Origin: Octopus bimaculoides
Lineage: Eukaryota
NCBI RefSeq assembly: GCF_001194135.2
Contig: NC_068994.1
Location: forward strand, 59,131,582-59,169,545
Direction: 5' to 3'
DNA length: 37,964 nt
The notes beneath the pieces were generated by a model that saw only the letters and a list, made by a program, of their open reading frames with translations, had not been told where the DNA came from and made no database searches. A program made the translations under genes and the position numbers. This document shows positions 23,786 to 34,439 of this stretch, one piece after another; the stretch's first letter is position 1, and each line of letters begins with the position of its first letter.

Positions 23786-24246
23786 CTATGGTGATCTGAA
23801 TGGTATTTCTTGTATGAAAGAGCCATAGGAATCCCCAGTGGAAGGTTACAGAAGATACTCAAAACCCTATTGGCTCTTGGTCGACGATGTCCAAAAGCTA
23901 GATTATGACCAATTTCATGGATAGCACTTCCAAGGGAATGGTTAATTACTCCACCAAAGATGTAGGCTGATATAAAGATAGTAAGCCATGAAGCCTCTTT
24001 TAGATACCAACAGGCTAGAATTTGTACCAAAACCTCTGGGACAACAATGAAAGTAATTTTCGGGTTGCACCCCATCAATTTCTTTATTTCAGGATGTTTA
24101 CGCAGAATCTCTTTCCGTCGTGAACAGTGTGGTTCTTCATCGTATATCCAGTCATCCTCATTTGAACTAATTTTAAAACTGAGATTGAAAAATCTTTCGA
24201 ATAAATCTGAAGACATGCAAGTTTCTTTTTCAGTTCCTACAGCCAT
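23786..24246 (-). CDS. DEGS1: Sphingolipid delta(4)-desaturase-like (DES1/DEGS family), first coding exon
   Basis: ATG at 24246. WIYDEEPHCSRRKEILRKHPEIKKLMG (DES N-terminal motif), His box 1 HEIGH (23905-23919), His box 2 HSDHH (23788-23802); donor AG|GTAAG at 23785. 461+592 nt = 1053 nt = 350 aa plus stop. Confidence 0.95.
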
Positions 24247-24280
24247 CTTTAAACCTGAGAAAATACAAAAAAAAAAAAGA
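24247..24280 (-). other. Splice acceptor and 8 nt of 5' leader before the desaturase ATG
   Basis: Minus strand (T)n-gtattttctCAG|GTTTAAAG-ATG; AG at 24256-24255. Confidence 0.75.
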
Positions 24281-24387
24281 AAGAACAGATGAAGATTTTA
24301 TCAAATGTATTTAGAGGAGAAGAAAAAAACAGCAGCATAAAGATCAAAGTGCAAAGGGAATATATATATATATACACATACAGTGAA

Positions 24388-24458
24388 GGTGCGTGGCTTA
24401 GTGGTTAGGGCATTCGGCTAACGATCGTAAGGTCGTGAGTTTGATTCCCGGCGACGCG
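24388..24458 (+). mobile_element. tRNA-derived SINE head
   Basis: A box TGGCTTAGTGG (24394-24404) and B-box-like GAGTTTGATTCCC; no acceptor-stem pairing, so not a tRNA gene. Confidence 0.75.
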
Positions 24459-24544
24459 GAAGAAAAAGCACAAGAAAAAACGACAACGCGAGGACGTGGT
24501 ACATGCAAAGTATTAAAAAGTGCTGAGGGAAGGAAAGAAAGGTT

Positions 24545-24579
24545 GTTTAACGTTTCGAGCAAAGCTTTTTTTCAGAAAC
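24545..24579 (-). ncRNA. Degenerate minimal type I hammerhead ribozyme, probably in a Penelope-like terminal-repeat relic
   Basis: Minus strand GTTT-CTGAAAA-AAAGC-TTT-GCTC-GAAAC-GTT-AAAC: stem I GTTT/AAAC, stem II AGC/GCT, GAAAC-GTT with palindromic AACGTT. Core G8 and G10.1 are replaced by A. Confidence 0.45.
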
Positions 24580-24859
24580 CGGAGACGGAAAGTCCAAGGA
24601 AAGTCCAAGAGAAAAGGAAGACGTAAGAAAAAAATCGCCAACAATCCACATGTTGTTACATTTTGAAATATGTATATATATAACATCCTAACAAGGCCAT
24701 GGGAATTCATGTACCTACCTATCTAAGTACCTACCTTAAATTCTCAAGAAAACCCGCAGAAAACCTATGGCTGATGTTTAGTTTGACAGCTAATTGTATT
24801 TAAAGGGATTTATTAACTAAAATATCTTCGTTTTTATCATTCAGAAATGGTTTCTAATT

Positions 24860-25070
24860 TAGGCAAAAGACCAGCACTTATGAGGGGTGGGGGTTACTCT
24901 ATGACATCGAGCGCAGTACTTGACTGCTATTCTATTTTATCAACCTCAAAAAAATGAAGTGCAAAGTTGACCTCGGGGGTGACTTGAGTTCAGAACACAA
25001 GAACTTGGAAGAAATTTCACAGAGCATTTTTTCCAATGCGCCAATGGTTCTGCCAGCTTACAACGTATTT
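24860..25070 (-). mobile_element. SINE-like repeat, second family
   Basis: Reverse-complement relative of 7395-7567 (tgaagtgcaaagttgacctcgg...gagttcagaac). Confidence 0.7.
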
Positions 25071-25116
25071 TTTTTTATTTATATAATTCATTAATGAAGT
25101 GTACACACCATTTAGT

Positions 25117-25159
<43 letters not shown>

Positions 25160-25309
25160 CTACCTGTAATTTATAATATATGGTCAGTTTCACTTATATT
25201 GTACAATGTCTCATATTTAGTCAGGTAAACGATCTGCCAGGGAGATCTGGAGATAGGGATGTATCATAGCAACTAATTACTTTGGCTGTACACGCCTTGA
25301 GGGAAATGA

Positions 25310-25535
25310 GAGGGGGAGGGGAGGGAGAGAGAGGAGGAGAAGAGAGGGAGAGAGAGAAAGAGAGAGGAAGAGAGAGGGAGGGAGGAAGAGGAGAAGGAGA
25401 GAGAGAGGGGAGGAGGAGAGAGGGAGGGAGAAAGAGAGGAGAGAGGGAGAGAGAAAGAGAGGAGAGAGGGAGAGAGAAAGAGAGAGAAGAGAGGGAGAAA
25501 AGAGAGAGGAGGAAAGAGAAAGAGAGAGGGAGAGT
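25310..25535. repeat. GA-rich polypurine tract
   Basis: Direct inspection. Confidence 0.9.
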
Positions 25536-26019
25536 AGGAATTATATTACCAAATAAATAAAACTCTGTTTTCACTTAGTTGTAATAAGCTTGTTTTCAAG
25601 TTATTTGAAACCAAACTTCAGAGATAAATCTTCATTGATTCCTGACAGGAGCACAACGTTTCATATTTGTGGTTGAGGTTGATTTATATTACTATTCGTA
25701 ACCATTGACTGAAGTTTTATTTTACTGATCCTTCAAGATTGAATGACAAAGATGATCCCAACAAGATTCGTAGGCCAAAATACAAAGACCCCCAACACTA
25801 AATACTGCAGGACTTTTAGTCAGATGCTTTAGCAATCAATTCTGTTATTAATTGGCAACGGTATGGGTTCGCAGAATCGTGAGAACATTAGGGAAGATGT
25901 TTTTTCTGTGTTTCTCCTCTTAACATTCAGATCCCGTCTTCTATGTTTTCAACTTTGATAAACTAACTCCCGTCAATGCTTCTACAGATATGACCATCAA
26001 GACAGAATCACTGAAAATC

Positions 26020-26039
26020 ATAGTAGTAGTAGTAGTAGC

Positions 26040-26094
<55 letters not shown>

Positions 26095-26095
26095 A
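26020..26095. repeat. (TAG)n microsatellite
   Basis: Direct inspection. Confidence 0.95.
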
Positions 26096-26184
26096 TATAT
26101 ATTCTACAAAAATGCATCGCGAAACCCTTCAGTTTAATGTAAAATCCCTTTCACATATAACTTGACATAAAAACAAATATTAAT

Positions 26185-26447
26185 ATGTATGTATGCATGT
26201 ATGTATGTATGTATGTATGTACGTATGTATGCATGTATGCATGTATGTATGTATGTACGTATGTATGTATGCATGTATGTATGTATGTATGTATGTACGT
26301 ATGTATGTATGTATGTATGTATGTATGTACGTATGTATGTATGCATGTATGTATGTATGTACGTATGTATGTATGTATGTATGTATGTACGTATGTATGT
26401 ATGCATGTATGTATGTATGTATGTATGCATATTTGTATGTATGTATG
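26185..26447. repeat. (GTAT)n tetranucleotide array with GTAC/GCAT variants
   Basis: Direct inspection; this explains the six overlapping YVCM/HTYI ORFs. Confidence 0.95.
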
Positions 26448-27093
26448 TCTGCATATATAATAGAATGATAACAAGCAATAAAGCCATCTAAAAGAGAGGA
26501 TAAAACTTTAACTGTCGTCTGCTGCCTTGCAAAGGATTCTATCAGTTTCAATACGTTGAGATAGAACTACAACCTCAGTGGTATTGACAAACCACTGGAC
26601 ACAGTGGTTAGGTGACTGATACAGTTGAGACTAAACACAAAATCTTGTAAGACACGTGGCAGACTTTTGGTGACGGGTGCAGAGTAAAGCAAGACATAAA
26701 GGTTAAGGTCAGCAGCTATAACAGGAAAAAGGAAAATATGTTTACACAGAATGAAATCAAATAAAATATAAGGTAAGTGTTTGTTGATGAAAATAAAATC
26801 AGGTAAAACAACACGAAAATACAACAAGTACGACAGAGAAGGAAAATATGAGATTAGTCACTAGGATGATGTCGTTAAGCAAATAAAGGAAATTAAAGAG
26901 GATATATTTTCCTGCTTGGTGAGCTGAAAGATAAATGAAAGACTTGTGGGTAGAGCTGGAACAAGAAAGGATACGATAGGAACAGGTGAGGTGCTGTGGA
27001 TAAATAGACAGATAGGACAGAGTAAAAAGGGAGAAAACGATTGCCTTCTCTCTCTTTATATATATATTGCCTTCTCTCTCTCTTATATATATA

Positions 27094-27992
27094 NNNNNNN
27101 NNNNNNNNNNNNNNNNNNNNNNNNNNNNNNNNNNNNNNNNNNNNNNNNNNNNNNNNNNNNNNNNNNNNNNNNNNNNNNNNNNNNNNNNNNNNNNNNNNNN
27201 NNNNNNNNNNNNNNNNNNNNNNNNNNNNNNNNNNNNNNNNNNNNNNNNNNNNNNNNNNNNNNNNNNNNNNNNNNNNNNNNNNNNNNNNNNNNNNNNNNNN
27301 NNNNNNNNNNNNNNNNNNNNNNNNNNNNNNNNNNNNNNNNNNNNNNNNNNNNNNNNNNNNNNNNNNNNNNNNNNNNNNNNNNNNNNNNNNNNNNNNNNNN
27401 NNNNNNNNNNNNNNNNNNNNNNNNNNNNNNNNNNNNNNNNNNNNNNNNNNNNNNNNNNNNNNNNNNNNNNNNNNNNNNNNNNNNNNNNNNNNNNNNNNNN
27501 NNNNNNNNNNNNNNNNNNNNNNNNNNNNNNNNNNNNNNNNNNNNNNNNNNNNNNNNNNNNNNNNNNNNNNNNNNNNNNNNNNNNNNNNNNNNNNNNNNNN
27601 NNNNNNNNNNNNNNNNNNNNNNNNNNNNNNNNNNNNNNNNNNNNNNNNNNNNNNNNNNNNNNNNNNNNNNNNNNNNNNNNNNNNNNNNNNNNNNNNNNNN
27701 NNNNNNNNNNNNNNNNNNNNNNNNNNNNNNNNNNNNNNNNNNNNNNNNNNNNNNNNNNNNNNNNNNNNNNNNNNNNNNNNNNNNNNNNNNNNNNNNNNNN
27801 NNNNNNNNNNNNNNNNNNNNNNNNNNNNNNNNNNNNNNNNNNNNNNNNNNNNNNNNNNNNNNNNNNNNNNNNNNNNNNNNNNNNNNNNNNNNNNNNNNNN
27901 NNNNNNNNNNNNNNNNNNNNNNNNNNNNNNNNNNNNNNNNNNNNNNNNNNNNNNNNNNNNNNNNNNNNNNNNNNNNNNNNNNNNNNNNNNNN
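27094..27992. other. Assembly gap
   Basis: Run of N. Confidence 1.
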
Positions 27993-28329
27993 CATGTTAA
28001 TCCGCCTCCATTACATGACGAGGTGGAGTTCAATCAATTATAGCCGGGCAATTGCATAAAATATGAAGAACACATCAAGCATGAAAGAAAAACAGGAAGC
28101 ATGAAGTCGCATTTCTTTATTTCATATTTGTGACGCACATTTCTGCAATCGATAATCCAGATCAACGGACACTGATAAAAAGTAAATACAATTGACAATG
28201 TGCATTCGAACATACAAATCGCGTCTTCGGACAGGCTTAAAATACGATCAAATTTGGCCAAACTACATAAAGCCTAAGGAATAGTTGATGACCAATGGGA
28301 ACGAGAGAAGTGAGATAGGATGGGTTGGC

Positions 28330-28830
28330 AGCCAAACTCGACTACCATAGCTCTTGACCCACAAGAAAGTTATTAATACTTGGGAATAAACGAAGGACGT
28401 GGTATACAACATGCTACTATGAAGGCAAAAATAAGAAAGGCGTACTCTAGGAGAATAAGACTTATACTGAAAACTGAACGCAACTCGAAAAATCGCATCG
28501 AAGCCATTAACAGCCTGACACTTCCAGTACTCCAATACAATTTTAACACCATTAACTGGAATCCTACGGAGCTCCAACGCCTGGACAGGAAGACAAGAAA
28601 ACTGTTAACATCTAAGAACATACACCACCCAAAAGCAGACGTTGATCGTCTGTACCTACCTAGAAGTAATGGAGGGAAGAGGAATGATGCAGGTAGAACT
28701 GTGTTATAAGACCTCAACAATAACAATGAACAGGTAATGATACATTACAGAGGACTGGATGCTGTGGCTTGAGTGCAACAATGAAAGCAGCAAAAAGTCT
28801 GATAGAGTATTAAACTGAAGCATTCGGGAG
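28330..28830 (+). mobile_element. Non-LTR retrotransposon RT thumb/C-terminal region, R4/Dong-like, pseudogenised
   Basis: ESY*YLGINEG...KNRIEAINSLTLPVLQYNFNTINWNPTELQRLDRKTRKLLT..NIHHPKADVDRLYLPRSNGG, then frameshifted GRGMMQVELCYKTST...DWML. Confidence 0.85.
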
Positions 28831-28899
28831 CCGATCATTCGCCTTAAATAGATCAACTCATACCCAACAAATTTGTCTCGGTCCAGTTTCTCTTTGAGA

Positions 28900-29130
28900 A
28901 CTGTTCCGTGTACCACACGACAGCAGCAGCAACAATCAGCCAGCGACCACTTCAACAGCTTCGTCCAGCCAACGATGACCACCGCCGTCGCCACATTCAG
29001 CAACACGAGTCTACGACTACTATCCAGCATCATCGTCATGACCAACACGATTACTACCAAGCAGCCTCTACACCACCAGCGTCAACACGACTTACTATGT
29101 ACACCAAACCACCGCGGCACCTCTCTCTCT
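28900..29130. repeat. Degenerate CAN/GAC trinucleotide low-complexity tract
   Basis: Direct inspection; runs into a CT repeat and a gap. Confidence 0.7.
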
Positions 29131-29278
29131 NNNNNNNNNNNNNNNNNNNNNNNNNNNNNNNNNNNNNNNNNNNNNNNNNNNNNNNNNNNNNNNNNNNNNN
29201 NNNNNNNNNNNNNNNNNNNNNNNNNNNNNNNNNNNNNNNNNNNNNNNNNNNNNNNNNNNNNNNNNNNNNNNNNNNNNN
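29131..29278. other. Assembly gap
   Basis: Run of N. Confidence 1.
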
Positions 29279-30995
29279 CCACACTCAGCCTCTCCTCACT
29301 TTCACATACAGAACTTTTCCTATAGTGTACTAAAGAACTGGTATAATTGCTCACGTGTTATTGACTCTCTTTCCATCTGCTGTAATAACTCACACACATG
29401 TATCACTCACATACACACTTTTCTTTGTACGACGGCCTGTCTTTGATTATGTTCTTATATGTCGCATTCACACTCTCACACAGATATACATTCTAACGCC
29501 ATAATAAATATCTCTGTTATCCATCTAATACGGTTGTGGTCTTTCATTACTGGTCATCTATGTTATCGTAGCATAACATATATTTTGTATATCATCATTG
29601 ATATATTATTTTGTGTTCGACCGTGTGACACGTTTAAATAAAAGGAGTCCTCTGTTTTTCCATTCGTCACCATTTCTCCTTTTTGAGTTCGCACGGTCGT
29701 TCCTTACACAGTGTAAAGCGAAACCAGTTTTTCAGAAGGCTGAATACAAAAAACAAGTAACAAGTTCTCAAGGTACAAAATAGTAACAGAATTAAGGCTC
29801 AAGTCACCTCTAATATTGAATATTAAAATATCGGTGATATACAACCTCATTCTTATTCTTCATTATTTAATAAAAATTACTAAAGATTAATGAAGTAATT
29901 ATTTATGAGGTCTAAAATTAATTTATATCTAAAAGCTACCAGAAAAGCAATTTACGAGTGGAAAACTGAAAAAAAAAAAAAAAAAAGGTGACAATTTATG
30001 CTTAGTACATCGAAGAACGAAGAGATAATTCTGAGAATATGGATTAACAAAGTGGATTAATAAAGATCAGAGAAACCCTGTTTTACAAGTTTATTAATCT
30101 ATATCTGTTCAATACATATTAGTTCTTTACTAAGATGTTCATTGTTTATTTTATATTTTATTAAGTATTGTGGTAGCTTAAAGGAGTTTTTTTTTTCAAG
30201 TAGTAAACGTTAGACACATGTTTTAGGCGAAATAACAGAAGGTGAATTATTAGAATCATGATTACTCATTATAGACTCATTGTTTGCATTTGTTTAAAAT
30301 AATCAAAAAATCGGTTGAATGGTGATTGTCAGTTGTATTGTTACATCTAGAAAACTGGAAAATCCAGAAATCCAGGTCACCTCCAATCCCAGGCTGGATA
30401 AACAAACGACCCGGTACCTACAGCACTATTCACTGAATGCTTTCAAACTCCATTGTTTATTGTCCTGTCATTTTTGTGATTATCGTACATTTTACGAAGT
30501 CTTTTTTTATTTTTATTATTTCATAGTTATTGCTTTTATTTTAATTCTCATCCACTTTATAAATCGGTTGCTAGGACGAAAATAAAAAGGGATAGATTTC
30601 GTTGTATCTCGGGAGGGTCGCCTACTCGTTTGGTGAGGTAACAAGGTAAAAGAGAAGTTTGTGAGGACAACAGATGCAGACAAAGCTAAGCTAGAAATGG
30701 AAGCGTCTCACTTAACAACATTAAGTGAGGGCTCTATTGTATATTGTTTCTCAACAGACACAACTGGATGGTTAAATCTACTTTGCAAATTCATAGTTTT
30801 GGGTTCGATCTTACTGCGCGGCATCAAATCCTTGTGAGTGAAATCTAGTTTCCTGAATCTGTGGGAAAACCAAGCAAAACAATCATTCTTGTTATTGGAT
30901 GACAAACCTAACCCATCCTACCAGTCGTGATGACTTTGAAAATTGTCACAGACTCTTCTTTCTCTCGCCAAACAATATATATATATATATATATA

Positions 30996-31123
30996 NNNNN
31001 NNNNNNNNNNNNNNNNNNNNNNNNNNNNNNNNNNNNNNNNNNNNNNNNNNNNNNNNNNNNNNNNNNNNNNNNNNNNNNNNNNNNNNNNNNNNNNNNNNNN
31101 NNNNNNNNNNNNNNNNNNNNNNN
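30996..31123. other. Assembly gap
   Basis: Run of N. Confidence 1.
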
Positions 31124-32021
31124 CTAGCGCAGTTCTTCAATGTAGTTTAGTCAATTCTAAAATATCTATATAGATAGTTTTTGAATAGTGGATTTCGTTC
31201 ATCATTGCAAGAGACTGAAAAAAAAAAACGGAGGCTCCAAGGGATTAGTTTAGTTTATACGTCCCAAGAAATTTTTCAACTTTATCGTCTTTGAAGAGAC
31301 AGAAATATCTCTTGTGATAGCCTCCCAAAAAAAAAACAAAAAAAACAACAAAACAAAAACAAATAAGAAAAGAAATTCTTTCAACACAAATTAGTGACTA
31401 CGTTTCAAATTTGTTGTTGCTGCTGTTGTTGTTGTTGTCTCTATGGCTTGTCGTGGAGTATGAAAGAGACAGTGGCCATGACCTATGACCTTCATGGGTG
31501 TGTCTGCCACTGATCAGATCAATATGCTTTATATTTAGCTCAATCAGCCATATGTCGACGTCTGCAAGAAGAACAGTGGCCAAAGCAGATTTTCAGCGGT
31601 TTAATGTTTCAGGAAGGAAGGTTTTTAGAGAAATCAACAGTTGATGACCTGCTGCTAAATCACAAGGAACGAGGACTCACTTGGCCATTCGATCCGTAAC
31701 CATTCTCCATCTTGTTTCTCTGAGCATAAAGCTTCTAAAATCGTATCATTCAAAATATCCTTCCTGTTCTAGCTGTGTAGCATAAAGTCTCTCTTGGTTT
31801 TACTACGGAATCTTACATATCATTGTATAACAAGTATTGCGTGTTCACTCGTGGAAATAATACAAGAAACAAGCTTTAAAATAACAGCGCGTCTTTATTC
31901 CTCCCCCTAAATAATACAGTGGACAAAATAAACGGATTTGGTGGTTGTGGAGTTCGTCCATTGTTTGGATAATTCTGGCCGTCGTTGGTTGCTTCGTTAT
32001 AATGAAAACAACATGACTCAC

Positions 32022-32110
32022 CTTCATGAAAATCTCTCACCCCTCTGTCATAGATGTTTTGTTAACTCAATATACAGGCAGAGGTAGGCCTCAGCCTAGA
32101 TTCAGGTTAG
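32022..32110 (-). other. Candidate non-coding first exon of the desaturase gene (5' boundary approximate)
   Basis: Consensus donor AAG|GTGAGT (intron starts at 32021), directly next to the CCAAT cluster; the acceptor at 24255 needs an upstream donor. Confidence 0.4.
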
Positions 32111-32139
32111 TTGTTTTAGAATGTATTACGCACAACGCG

Positions 32140-32302
32140 ATTGGACCCGCGGTCCGATCCCATGCAATGTTTGACCAATCAAAGTACACGACTCGACCAA
32201 TGTTCCAAGCTCAAATGATAAGCCAGACGACCAATCATTGCAGATTAACGTGTAGAGCCTATAAAAGACTAGTCGACTCCAATATGCCATAATAGAAATT
32301 GG
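32140..32302. promoter_or_regulatory. CCAAT-box cluster with TATA box (candidate promoter, possibly bidirectional)
   Basis: ATTGG 32140-44; CCAAT 32175-79, 32197-201, 32231-35, 32279-83; ATTGG 32298-302; TATAAAA 32260-66 on +; locally CpG-rich. Confidence 0.55.
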
Positions 32303-32671
32303 TCTCGCTACACTTTTTTCTTAAGGGTCGGTTGAGATTTGCGGAAGATTCCGATATAACCAACAATCAAACCTTTCCACAATGAAAAATACCACCACGC
32401 GAACCAACGTGAAATAATTGCATCGATAGGTTTGGTAAAGACCTAGCTGAGGAAAAATTTGATGAAAATTTGGTTGAAACCAGTTATGGTTGTCGACACT
32501 GTAACACTGTCTGCACTCCACTATAAATCTTTAAAGTTATTACTGAGAGTTCCACAATCTCTGAGGATTGGATAATATTAATCTGCTTATAAAGTTTTCC
32601 TTATATAATGGAAATTACTTTTTCATTATTAATGAAATACGTATAAGATGATATAACTGAATAACATAAGA

Positions 32672-33177
32672 AGTAAGTTGATGTGGGACCCGAACAACCA
32701 GCCTCCTGACGTAACCAACTTGATGCAATGGCTTTCAACACTTAATTTCGATATTTTGGGAATATCTGCGATCACCCAGATCGTACAACGGGGATTAGTG
32801 TCGCTGTTAGTTTGAGTTGGCCGACCAGAGCCAGGTGCATATTGAACCGAAAACATTTCCCGATTGAAATCATGAAAACCACTTCTTACACACATGTTCC
32901 ATAACTTCTTGCAGGTTTCCGCCGCTTTCTTGCCTTCTTTTTTTTTTAAATGAAAAAAGCATGAGGTGTCGATAATGTTCGTTTTGCTTCTCCATTCTCA
33001 GAGTGATCCCAAGCACACAAAATACAACCGGTCTCGATGCAAGTTCGAGTCGAATTACGTTTGAATGTCAAGTATGGAATGAGTGCGCATGCACAAGGGG
33101 CAGGCTGAAACTAGCAGCTGTTGGAGCGCTTGAAGTTTAGTGGTGGCTAAAACCAAATAGACATTTTGGTCAACCCG
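32672..33177 (-). mobile_element. Mariner (Mos1/Hsmar-like) transposon 5' relic
   Basis: ATG at 32995: MEKQNEHYRHLMLFSFKK / GKKAAETCKKL / VCKKWF / GRPTQT / NPRCTI..IADIPKISKLSVESH / LHQVGYVRRLVVRVPHQLT. TIR-like CGGGTTGACCAAAATGTCTATTTGGTT at ~33151-33177. Confidence 0.8.
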
Positions 33178-33904
33178 TGTGTGTGTGCGCGCGTGCGTGC
33201 GTGCGTATCGTTTTCCAAAAAACATAAATCCGAAAGGAGAAGCACACTCTAAGATGTAGAGCAGTATATATTAAAAACGGAGAAGGCCGGTTTATGGGAT
33301 TACCTAAGATAATCCCATAAGCTGGCCTTCCCTATTTTTGATATATATGTGTGTGTGTGTGTGTGTGAAGAGAGAGAGAGAGAGGTGGATTTCAAGATAT
33401 GCATATATGTATACTTTGTACCATTGCTTACTTCTATTAGATTATTGATGTTAAAAGAGGCAGAAAACATTGTCGTGTGTTATCTAAATGTTTAATGAAT
33501 CACGTAAAACACATAACACTCTTCAGGTTAACTAAATTGTCCGGCACAAAAATATATCGATGTTGCTTGTCAGCGGGGTTTCAAGATCACCTGCGGGAGC
33601 AAATGCATGTAGTGGCTAGTTTGACCACACAACCCGATCGATTTGATCCTACGATGACAGTCACGATCCGAAACACAAGGAAAGCATAATAAATTCATTG
33701 ATGATGATATTTTGCAAAGGCAGACGCTGCTGTGAAATTATTGGCGGGTTTCACCAAGCGTATTAAATGGAGGCAGAAGATAATAATGTTTGAGTGAAAA
33801 ATGTGTTGGTGCTGTTATGTTTCGTCTATGGATCCGTGAGTGGAAAGTAAAATGTAATTAGTGGATAGTTTCTGGCTGGAAATAAATGAATTGACGAGAG
33901 ATGT

Positions 33905-34200
33905 TCGAAAGCCTTGTGAGTGGATTTGGTAGGCGGAAACTGAAAGAAGCCCAGCGTATATCTATCTATCTATCTGTATGAATGTATGTATGTTTGTGTG
34001 TGTGTGTGTGTGTGTGAGACTTAGTTTGACCCCCCCCCCATCGCTTGACAACCGATGTTGGTGTGTTTACGTCCCCGTAACTGAGCGGTTCGGCAAAATA
34101 GACCGATAGAATAAGTTCTGGGGTCGATTTATTCGACTAAAAGGTGGTGTTCCAGCATGGCCGCAGTCAAACGACTGAAACAAATAAAAGAATAAAAGAA
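33905..34200 (+). mobile_element. tRNA-derived SINE body and tail with internal microsatellite
   Basis: gtgagtggatttggtaggcggaaactgaaagaagccc...gtttacgtccccgtaac...ccagcatggccgcagtcaaacgactgaaac plus (AAAAGAAT)n tail; same family as 8140-8523. Confidence 0.85.
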
Positions 34201-34439
34201 CAAAGGAATATATTTATACTTAAAAATTCATCATATGAAAGTCTCTACCGTTTTTTTTTTTCGTTTTGCATGTATACACATATATATAAACACATATACA
34301 CACATATTCACATTTTGTGTTTCATACCCTGTTATATTTGATATATTTAATGCTAGCAGAGAAAGAATAAATGTGAAACAATATTATAGTTAGAATCAAA
34401 AGTGAAGGAATTAAAAGTAAAAGAAAAAAAGTGAAACTA

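Noticed and set aside
24047-24292. Plus-strand 81-aa ORF
   Set aside because: Antisense shadow of the desaturase exon.
24388-24458. Possible tRNA gene (also 36200-36277)
   Set aside because: A and B boxes are present but the acceptor stem does not close; it matches the SINE heads repeated in the window.
26134-26551. Six overlapping repetitive ORFs
   Set aside because: Translations of the (GTAT)n array.
16251-31173. Long ORFs of 260-400 aa made mostly of X
   Set aside because: They only span N gaps; no coding evidence.
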